Shown: positions 29,263 through 36,400 of the stretch, in pieces | Layout of the letters: each line of letters starts with the position of its first letter | Numbering within the stretch: position 1 is the stretch's first letter | Virus record (IMG/VR): IMGVR_UViG_3300025647_000034 | Location: 1 to 62,767 of that record | Direction: 5' to 3' (one strand) | DNA: 62,767 nucleotides | Source of the DNA: a virus | Lineage: Duplodnaviria; Caudoviricetes | Notes under the pieces: generated by a model | What the model was told of the DNA's origin: nothing | The model's database searches: none | The model's input: the letters and a program-made list of their open reading frames with translations, nothing else | Position numbers and translations under genes: made by a program

Positions 29263-29312
29263 GTCAAAGACGCCCGAGGGCGTTTCGGCTATTGAAGCCT
29301 CATCAGTTTGAC
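29263..29312 (-). ncRNA. Type I hammerhead ribozyme
   Basis: GTCAAA-CTGATGA-GGCT.TCAAT.AGCC-GAA-ACGCC.CTCG.GGCGT-C-TTTGAC: full catalytic core, three perfect stems, GUC site (cut between 29269 and 29268). Confidence 0.93.
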
Positions 29313-29492
29313 TTAGTTTTTAAAACTTGACAAATAGTGGTCTACATCGTCTTGGTTCAATCCAAAAAAGACCTCAATTTCGCCATTTGGTTTTTTGATT
29401 TTAACAATGTGTCTTTTGAAATTCCAACAGGCATTTGGCATTTCTACATAGTTCTCAATTACTTCAATCGTGTTGTTTTGTTCGTTGTTCAT
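29313..29492 (-). CDS. First early gene, hypothetical (59 aa, MNNEQNNTIE...)
   Basis: Open frame read manually; its TAA abuts the hammerhead. Confidence 0.65.
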   Translation of the reverse strand: MNNEQNNTIEVIENYVEMPNACWNFKRHIVKIKKPNGEIEVFFGLNQDDVDHYLSSFKN

Positions 29493-29508
29493 AATGGTTT
29501 AGTTTAAG

Positions 29509-29559
29509 TGGCTCCACAAGGCCCGACTCGAACGGGCGGCAAACCTATTGGCTTGGGAA
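29509..29559 (-). ncRNA. Mini-tRNA-like element 4 (~51 nt)
   Basis: TTCCCAA-GC.CAA.TAGGT.TTG.C-C-GCCCG.TTCGAGT.CGGGC-C-TTGTGGA-GCCA; canonical T-arm, imperfect acceptor stem. Confidence 0.7.
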
Positions 29560-29637
29560 GTATGTAGTGCTCACCTAGTGGCGTTAAGGTGTGGGTGGAG
29601 GGAGCCATCCCTCGGCACTATGCAATAGTATCAGTAA

Positions 29638-29667
29638 GTCAAAGAGCGGTTGTTGATGTAATTCAAC
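29638..29667 (-). promoter_or_regulatory. boxB-like hairpin plus boxA-like antitermination element
   Basis: GTTGA.ATTACA.TCAAC at the predicted +1, followed by CGCTCTTTGAC. Confidence 0.55.
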
Positions 29668-29671
29668 GATA

Positions 29672-29703
29672 CAAAGTTGGGGAGAGGTTTTGACTCCACC
29701 AAA
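29672..29703 (-). promoter_or_regulatory. Early promoter (TTTG-N20-CAACTTTG)
   Basis: Bacteroidota -33/-7 architecture with one mismatch; predicted TSS ~29667. Confidence 0.6.
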
Positions 29704-29724
29704 TTTTTCTTGAAGAAATGTGGA

Positions 29725-29743
29725 ATTTAGAATGATTCTAAAT
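29725..29743. promoter_or_regulatory. Fur-box-like palindrome ATTTAGAATGATTCTAAAT
   Basis: Perfect 9-1-9 inverted repeat; resembles the Fur box described for Flavobacteriales (from memory). Confidence 0.6.
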
Positions 29744-29796
29744 AATACTCATTGAATATCAATCAGTTAGCCCTAAAAAAAGTTTTATGCAAAATG

Positions 29797-30070
29797 AGGG
29801 CCTAAGGGACTAAGCACATGTGGGGCTAGGTTTTTGGGGCGAAGTTGAGGGGCTCGAGGGGGTAAACCCCTCCTTCTAGGTGGTAGGAAGTGGGGTAAGG
29901 TGGGGCTAGGCGGGGCCGAGTGGACCTGCTCACTGCTGCCTATTTAGATTGATTCTAAATAGTTTACTGCTAGACGATGGGCCTAGACGGGGCAAAATTG
30001 CGTGGCCATCCTGTAGCAGTTTGTGTAGTTTGGCGGGGCTAGGTGGTGTGGCCTAGGTGACCTAGGTAAG
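29797..30070. repeat. G-rich tract with GGGGCTAGG/CCTAGG repeats
   Basis: GGGGCTAGG at 29822, 29902 and 30035; strong G skew; non-coding. Confidence 0.6.
29942..29960. promoter_or_regulatory. Second Fur-box-like palindrome ATTTAGATTGATTCTAAAT
   Basis: One mismatch to the 29725 copy. Confidence 0.55.
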
Positions 30071-30202
30071 CCCTACCGACGGGCCAACCAAAACCCCAAA
30101 AAATCGGGGAAGGCCGAGCGAAATCCCGACCCCCCCGGTCGAAAAAAGTCGGTTTCCGGATCGGGCGGGTGGGCGTGAAATTATACTATTACCCTCAACC
30201 CC

Positions 30203-30210
30203 TACATTTG
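30203..30210 (+). promoter_or_regulatory. -7 element TACATTTG
   Basis: 4 nt before ATG 30215. Confidence 0.65.
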
Positions 30211-30214
30211 CGAC

Positions 30215-30364
30215 ATGGTTATTTCTATAGAATCCCGACTCCGCTACGGCCTACTGCTAGGCTTCCAGTTGTACAATCCTGACGACGAGGATCCGTACTA
30301 TGAGATTGTAATCGACCTTTTGGTGGTCCGTTTGAGCTTTGCTTGGATGCCAAAGATGGATTAA
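30215..30364 (+). CDS. Hypothetical protein (49 aa, MVISIESRLRYGLLLGFQLY...)
   Basis: Open frame directly after the promoter. Confidence 0.6.
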   Translation: MVISIESRLRYGLLLGFQLYNPDDEDPYYEIVIDLLVVRLSFAWMPKMD

Positions 30365-30444
30365 AAAATGCTAAAACATTTTGGACAAACTCCATCGCAA
30401 TAATGCGATAATGACATTTCTGTGACATAACATTATGTTAAGTA

Positions 30445-30643
30445 GTGCTGTTTCACGGTTTCACGGACAAAACAGCACTATTGTACATTTAAAACAGCAT
30501 CGTGTAACTTATTGATTTTCATAGAAATACTTTTTTCAATGCTCTAATGCTGTTTTTTTTACAGTTTTCAGAAAATTTAAAAAGTATAAAAGAAGAATAA
30601 AATAAAAAAGAAAAAGAGAGCTTCAAAACAGCATTTCTACATT
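30445..30643. repeat. Origin-like element B (inverted relative to A)
   Basis: AAAACAGCATCGTGTAA at 30491-30507 is the reverse complement of 24527-24543; same order of repeats and A-tract. Confidence 0.65.
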
Positions 30644-30680
30644 ATTTACTTCAAATGAAAAAAATCCGTATATTTGCTCC

Positions 30681-31199
30681 ATGTACAAATGCATGCTAAC
30701 AAACAGATCATTCACTGACGTGGTTTCATACTGCAATGAAGTTGGTTTATCTACGTCATCCTTCTACTCGATGATGGAAGGTTATACCAGAAATATGTCG
30801 TTTGTCATCAAGGCGAATAGTTTTGGAGATGCTGCTCTATTGAAGAGGATCATTCAGATCAACGCACTTTCAAGATCAAGGGCTATTGTTGATACATCGA
30901 CTGGTCGTGTATGGAAGAGCATGGCCGCTCTTCTGAAGGATGGACATTCATACGACCACAAGACCATGGTTTCAATAACGGATATGTTAAAGGAGCGTGG
31001 CCTATATGAGGAGCCAAGGAAGTATGAAAAGAAGAAGTCTGGTCGTCCATCAAGGCCTGTTGTTAACCGTGAGACTGGAGAGGTTGTTGATAGCCTAACA
31101 AAGCTTGCTGATGTTCTAGGCTGTAGCATTGGGCATCTCCATAACAAGCTCAGTGTTGGATCATATTTAGGATGGTCCTTTAGCGATAGTGAACTGTAG
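30681..31199 (+). CDS. Putative DNA-binding protein with NUMOD1-like repeats
   Basis: AIVDTSTGRVWKSM and PVVNRETGEVVDSL..LA..LG motifs; promoter TATATTTG at 30669. Confidence 0.6.
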   Translation: MYKCMLTNRSFTDVVSYCNEVGLSTSSFYSMMEGYTRNMSFVIKANSFGDAALLKRIIQINALSRSRAIVDTSTGRVWKSMAALLKDGHSYDHKTMVSITDMLKERGLYEEPRKYEKKKSGRPSRPVVNRETGEVVDSLTKLADVLGCSIGHLHNKLSVGSYLGWSFSDSEL

Positions 31200-31215
31200 G
31201 TATTACCTTTGCCTT

Positions 31216-31863
31216 ATGGATATCAAAGACCTCAACCTAATCCAAAGTCCATTGGATGCGTCACAGTACGTGAACGAGACAACGACGAAGAATCAAATTG
31301 TATTGCACCATACTGTGAGTGGTCCTGACGCTGCCAAGGTGGTTCGGAGTTGGAACGCCAACAAGGAGAGAATTGCCACGTGTGTGGCGATCTCAAGGAA
31401 CGGTGAGATCCACCAGGCATTTCCTTCGAGCAAGTGGGCCTATCATTTGGGATTGGGCACGAAGCACTTCACCAAGGTTGGTCTCCCGTACCGCAATTTG
31501 GACAAGACTACTATTGGCATCGAGTTGTGTGCGTTTGGTTGGTTAAAGTACGATGCAGGCAAGTTCTATAACATATATGGAGGAGAGATTAACTCGAACG
31601 AAGTAGAAGAATTAGAGACCCCATACAAAAACCATAGGTTTTGGCATTCATATTCAAATGAACAAATTGAATCTACGATCAAGCTGATACAATACTGGTC
31701 TAAGAAGTATGATATACCAGCTGTATACAACGAAGACATGTGGGACGTTAATAAAGATGCAATGTCTGGAATTCCAGGTGTTTGGACTCACACAAGTTAT
31801 CGTTACGATAAAAGCGACTGCTATCCATCCTCAGATCTCATTAATGCGTTGAAGTCTATATGA
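31216..31863 (+). CDS. Endolysin, N-acetylmuramoyl-L-alanine amidase (Amidase_2)
   Basis: IVLHHT, AYHLG, IGIEL, THTSY..KSDCYP; start MDIKDL after promoter TACCTTTG at 31204. Confidence 0.88.
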   Translation: MDIKDLNLIQSPLDASQYVNETTTKNQIVLHHTVSGPDAAKVVRSWNANKERIATCVAISRNGEIHQAFPSSKWAYHLGLGTKHFTKVGLPYRNLDKTTIGIELCAFGWLKYDAGKFYNIYGGEINSNEVEELETPYKNHRFWHSYSNEQIESTIKLIQYWSKKYDIPAVYNEDMWDVNKDAMSGIPGVWTHTSYRYDKSDCYPSSDLINALKSI

Positions 31864-32567
31864 TTGTTTACAGACACATAAGGATTGATAATAATGAGCC
31901 ATTCTATATTGGAATAGGGTCTAAAAAATCAAGAGCGTTTTCCAAGGACAGTAGAAACCCACTGTGGAAACGTGTTGTTAAAAAAACCAAATATCGTGTA
32001 GATATACTGTTTGACGATTTGACAAAAGAAGAAGCCTGTGAAAAAGAAAAAGAGTTTATAGCCTTGTATGGTAGAAAGAACTTAGGAACTGGAACGCTGT
32101 GTAATCTTACTGCAGGCGGAGATGGTACTGTCGATCTTGTTATATCTAAAGAAACAAAGAAGATATGGAAAGAACAGAGAAAAGGTTCTGGAAATTCCAT
32201 GTATGGAAAAACTCACACGGACTCAACAAAAGAAAAAATATCAATAGCAAACAAGGGAAGAAAAATGACTGAAGAGCAGGTTGCCGCGATGTCAGAAAGA
32301 GCTAAGGGCCGTGTTCTTAAAGAATCATCAAAAGAAAAGTTGTCTATAATGAGGAATACTCTTGTGGAGTCTTTTTGTTATAATGGACAAGTTCCATTAA
32401 TAAACGATGAGACTGGAGATGTGATACCATCGATAAAGAAGTTTTGCAAAAAATTCAACATGCCAAGCTCAACCGCAAAAAGAAGAATAAAGAACGGATG
32501 GGTTGATAAGTCATTTGGGTATAGAAAAATGACAGACACAGAGATTGAGGCGTTGAAGGGGATCTAG
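31860..32567 (+). mobile_element. Free-standing GIY-YIG-type homing endonuclease with NUMOD3 repeats
   Basis: IVYRH...FYIGIG..R..E..NLTAGGDG; GKTHTDSTKEKIS; AT-rich relative to flanks. Confidence 0.8.
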
Positions 32568-32615
32568 CCAGACCTAATAAGATTTCATCTTCTCAGGAAT
32601 ACGTATATTTGCACC

Positions 32616-34280
32616 ATGGCAATTATCCCTGGCAATACTCGGTTCATTGGTATATCACCTACGGTCGACTTAACGGAGAAGAAATCGGCTCGCCTCAATT
32701 CTGAGCAGGAGCCGTATACAATGGCTGACTTTCAGGAGAGCATCAGCCCTGACCTGGCTCCTATTTCTGTGGATGGCGAGAGTGTTGGCATTGCTGCTGA
32801 CCCGACGGCCACCACACAGAGCGTTGCTGTCATTCAGTCCTCCACCACTAATGCTGGTCTTGTCCTCAATCCAAACGGCACGGGTGCTATTATGGCTAAC
32901 ATTCCCGATGGCACAGTTGCGGGTGGTACTGCGAGGGGGCAGTATGCGGTGGATTTGCAGATGATTAGAGGTTTTAATTACGAAGTATCATCTGGACCTT
33001 ATTCTTTTGCTGCTGGATTTGGTTGTGCTGCTTCGGGACGATCTTCTATTGCTATGGGAGAAAGAAATACAGCAAGTGGTCTTAGATCAACAGCCATTGG
33101 TGGCGGTGCTGGAGCTGGTCAAGGAGTAAATGCAACAAATTCGTATGCTACTGCTGTTGGTGGGCTTCAAAATAATGCAAGTGGACAATATAGCGGAGTT
33201 TTTAGTGGTTTTGTAAACACCGCATCATCTAGCTACTCCACCATCTCAGGCGGCCAATCCAACACCGCCTCTACAGGTTCTCACGCTACTGTTGTGGGGG
33301 GATACGGAAATGTAGCTAGTGGACAGAATTCTATTGCTGGAGGACTGGGAAGTGTAGCGAGTGGTTTATCTTCTATTGCATTAGGAGAAAGTAATACAGC
33401 AAGTGGGCCTAGAAGTGTAGCTTTAGGTAGAGCTTGTAGTGCAGGAGAATATTCTATTGTTGCAGGTAATGCTAACCAAGGAACAGGAACAGGGAGTGTT
33501 GTTTTTGGTTATAGTAATAATTCAGGTAGTAGAAATTATGCTACTATTAGCGGTGGCATAAGTAACTCAATTTCAAGCAATTCTCACGCTACTGTTGTGG
33601 GGGGAAGCACTAACACAGCCAGTGGGCAGTATTCTGTGGCTGGGGGGATTGGTAATGTATCGAGTAGTCAAGCTTCCACAACTTTTGGGTATGGCAATAC
33701 AGCAGCTAATACTTGGAGTTTTGCTGTTGGTGGATTTAATTACGCAGCTGGTGAGTTTTCGGCTGCTTTTGGACAAAAATCATCAACATATCTTCAAGGA
33801 CAACATGCTATTGCTAGCGATAGATTTGGTGGTACAGCTGATGCTCAACAATCTCTATTAACCGCTCGTAAACAAGATACCCTTGCTTCGGCAGCCACAA
33901 CCGTTCTTTCGCTTGATGGGACTGGCACAACCAATCTTATTATTCCCCTTAACAACAACAGAGCCTGGAATGTAACGGTGAAATGGGTGGCGGTTGTCAC
34001 TTCTATAACGGGAACAGCAACTGGAGTTTCTGTTGGCGATACAATGATGCAAGTTGACACCTTTGGATTCAAGAAAATCTCAGGAACATCTTCAATGGTT
34101 GGCTCTGCAAATACACTATCCACTAACAACGACACATCAATGGCAACTGCTGCTATGGGATACACGGCAGGAACATCACAAGAACTCAAATTGACATTCA
34201 CCGCTCCAACTTTTACTGGTGGTGGAAGTGTAACTTGCCGAGTAGTTGCCAAAGTTGAACTAACTGAAGTCGCTTACTAA
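32616..34280 (+). CDS. Tail fibre/receptor-binding protein 1 (YadA/Hep_Hag-like repeats)
   Basis: Many NTASGxxSxAxG repeats; N-terminal anchor shared with the 34684 gene. Confidence 0.8.
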   Translation: MAIIPGNTRFIGISPTVDLTEKKSARLNSEQEPYTMADFQESISPDLAPISVDGESVGIAADPTATTQSVAVIQSSTTNAGLVLNPNGTGAIMANIPDGTVAGGTARGQYAVDLQMIRGFNYEVSSGPYSFAAGFGCAASGRSSIAMGERNTASGLRSTAIGGGAGAGQGVNATNSYATAVGGLQNNASGQYSGVFSGFVNTASSSYSTISGGQSNTASTGSHATVVGGYGNVASGQNSIAGGLGSVASGLSSIALGESNTASGPRSVALGRACSAGEYSIVAGNANQGTGTGSVVFGYSNNSGSRNYATISGGISNSISSNSHATVVGGSTNTASGQYSVAGGIGNVSSSQASTTFGYGNTAANTWSFAVGGFNYAAGEFSAAFGQKSSTYLQGQHAIASDRFGGTADAQQSLLTARKQDTLASAATTVLSLDGTGTTNLIIPLNNNRAWNVTVKWVAVVTSITGTATGVSVGDTMMQVDTFGFKKISGTSSMVGSANTLSTNNDTSMATAAMGYTAGTSQELKLTFTAPTFTGGGSVTCRVVAKVELTEVAY

Positions 34281-34299
34281 AAATAAGATTAACATCATT

Positions 34300-34596
34300 A
34301 TGCTTAAAATAAACACAACAATCACAACTCAAGAAGGATTCCAAGTGCAAGGTGCTTTGGGATACCTCGACATCTTCATCTTGGCCGACAACTGGGTCAA
34401 CTTGCGTTACTACAAGAGCGAGGCCGACTATGAGGCTGGCATGGCTCCATTGAACACCTCATTGCCATCACGTGTGAGCACGGACTTGACGCAGGAGGAG
34501 TTCTGGGGCACGGCTCTTGCGATGACCATCCACGACAAGTGTAAGGCTGCCATTGAGGAGATCACTGGCGCTGGCACTGTTGAGGTGGTCTCGTGA
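34300..34596 (+). CDS. Putative tail fibre chaperone
   Basis: Small gene directly after fibre 1. Confidence 0.55.
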   Translation: MLKINTTITTQEGFQVQGALGYLDIFILADNWVNLRYYKSEADYEAGMAPLNTSLPSRVSTDLTQEEFWGTALAMTIHDKCKAAIEEITGAGTVEVVS

Positions 34597-34618
34597 TGCG
34601 TAGCATTATGAGTTATAC

Positions 34619-34640
34619 AAGGGCCCCGATGGGGCTCTTT
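34619..34640 (+). terminator. Intrinsic terminator
   Basis: AAGGGCCCC.GAT.GGGGCTCTTT. Confidence 0.65.
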
Positions 34641-34683
34641 GTCGTTATGGCCGCACTTGATAAATAATGCCTAAATTTGCACT

Positions 34684-35799
34684 ATGGCCATTATACCAAG
34701 CGACACCCGATTTATAGGAATATCTCCAGGCGTAAATCTAGTAGAGAAGAAGAGTACGCAGCTCAATAGCGAGACGCAGCCGTACACCATGCAGGACATC
34801 ATCGATACCGCTGGCGGTGGAGGAGCTGGTCTGCAGCTTAAAGACGGAGCGACAATCACCTCAACCTTACAGGTTGTTGCTGATGCCGACAACACGAGTA
34901 CAGCACTCCTTGTTTCAACTAAAGGCGTAACGAGTTACGGTAACGGTGGATACAACACCCATACTGCATATGGAAATCAAGCATTGAATAGTGCAACCGG
35001 AAGTACAAATCAAACGGCTATCGGCTACAATGCCTTGGGTGCTCACAACCACGCAACTTATGGTAGCAATACTGCTGTAGGATATAATGCACTAGGAAAC
35101 GGAATCAATGTTGGAGAATCTGTAGCAGTTGGCTACAATGCTGGTTTGGCTGACAGGGATGGATCTAACGTATATATCGGAAACGAAGCAAAGTCTATAT
35201 CTCCATGGGGTTCATATAACGTAGCCGTTGGATGGTGGGCTGGCCGTGAGTTAAGCACTGGTCTTTGGACTGCAGTTGGTGGTGGTGCTATGTATCAGAT
35301 GTCAGGTAGCGTTGGAGACTCTTGTGTTGCTGTTGGTACTTTTGCTATGGACAATGGTACCGGTAACTTCAACACTGCTGTTGGATACCAAGCAGCCCGT
35401 TTTATGGGTGGATACCAAAACGTAGCACTTGGAATGGAAGCGATGTATGGCGGAACTGGTAACAAGAACATTGCCATTGGTTACAATTCCTTCTTTAGTT
35501 CAACTACGGGATCTAGCAACGTATGTGTTGGAGATTCTTCTGGTCGTTATCTTACTACTGGAAGCAACAACATCTGCATTGGAGATGCTGCACAGGGCGT
35601 AATAGGCGGTGCTCCTTACAATGCTGTAAACAACTGCCTTTTGATTGGTCGTAATGCAATTGCCAACGCAAGTAACCAAGTTGTAATTGGTTCTACTGCA
35701 TACCCATTTGCTCCAGTAACGGCTGGGGCTCAAACACAGACTCACTATTGGACCGTCAAAATTAACGGTACTGATTATAAAATCCTCTTAGCATCATAA
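34684..35799 (+). CDS. Tail fibre/receptor-binding protein 2
   Basis: NTAxGxxAL repeats; C-terminal VKINGTDYKILL; shared N-terminal anchor. Confidence 0.8.
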   Translation: MAIIPSDTRFIGISPGVNLVEKKSTQLNSETQPYTMQDIIDTAGGGGAGLQLKDGATITSTLQVVADADNTSTALLVSTKGVTSYGNGGYNTHTAYGNQALNSATGSTNQTAIGYNALGAHNHATYGSNTAVGYNALGNGINVGESVAVGYNAGLADRDGSNVYIGNEAKSISPWGSYNVAVGWWAGRELSTGLWTAVGGGAMYQMSGSVGDSCVAVGTFAMDNGTGNFNTAVGYQAARFMGGYQNVALGMEAMYGGTGNKNIAIGYNSFFSSTTGSSNVCVGDSSGRYLTTGSNNICIGDAAQGVIGGAPYNAVNNCLLIGRNAIANASNQVVIGSTAYPFAPVTAGAQTQTHYWTVKINGTDYKILLAS

Positions 35800-35800
35800 T

Positions 35801-36130
35801 ATGGAAATCACTTATAAATACCAAACAGTTTCGTTAAGCACAGAAGACACTCAAGTTTCTGGATTTGTGAATAAAGCAACAATCGTAATGATTGCTTCCA
35901 CAACTGTTGATGGAGCCGAATACGATGCTACTGCATCAATGGAATTGAGTTTTGAATATGACGAAGCTCAAACTTTAACTCCATACTCTGATTTGACAGA
36001 AGAGCAGGTTGTTGGATGGGTGATTGACGGATTGGGAACCGAAGAAGTTGACAAACTCAAAGCTACTGCAAAAGGAAAAATAGAAACCAAAGTAAACTCT
36101 ATTAAACCAAATCAATTACCATGGAGCTAA
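35801..36130 (+). CDS. Putative tail fibre chaperone
   Basis: PYSDLTEEQVVGWV...LPWS; follows fibre 2. Confidence 0.6.
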   Translation: MEITYKYQTVSLSTEDTQVSGFVNKATIVMIASTTVDGAEYDATASMELSFEYDEAQTLTPYSDLTEEQVVGWVIDGLGTEEVDKLKATAKGKIETKVNSIKPNQLPWS

Positions 36131-36288
36131 AAGACGCAAAACAAATCATCACGCAGGCTATCAATGCCGCTACACTAAAAGGATGTTACAACATCGAGGA
36201 CATTAGATTGATTGTCCAAGCACTGGATAAAATCAATGGCCAGCCCGACGTTGAGTTCGGCGAGATTACTCCTCTACCAGAGGAGTAA
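36121..36288 (+). CDS. Hypothetical protein (55 aa, MELKDAKQII...)
   Basis: Open frame read manually. Confidence 0.6.
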   Translation: MELKDAKQIITQAINAATLKGCYNIEDIRLIVQALDKINGQPDVEFGEITPLPEE

Positions 36289-36400
36289 GCTACGCCTGAC
36301 AAACTGTCACACAAACTAAGCCAAATATGTAGATAGGCGCCAAGATGGCGCCTATTGCATTTATGGCACAGATTTAGTAAGTTTGTGACCAATTGAATTT

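Noticed and set aside
27187-29559. Elements as true tRNA genes or attP remnants
   Set aside because: No D or anticodon arm; four divergent copies with compensatory changes; no integrase found
29545-29620. Permuted twister ribozyme (GAGGG, UAA and UCCCAAGC occur in a suggestive order)
   Set aside because: The required P2 and P4 stems cannot form
32616-35799. Diversity-generating retroelement acting on the fibres
   Set aside because: No reverse transcriptase and no TR/VR pair seen
36320-36367. Long inverted repeat upstream of groEL as a CIRCE element
   Set aside because: Does not match TTAGCACTC-N9-GAGTGCTAA; more likely a terminator or processing hairpin
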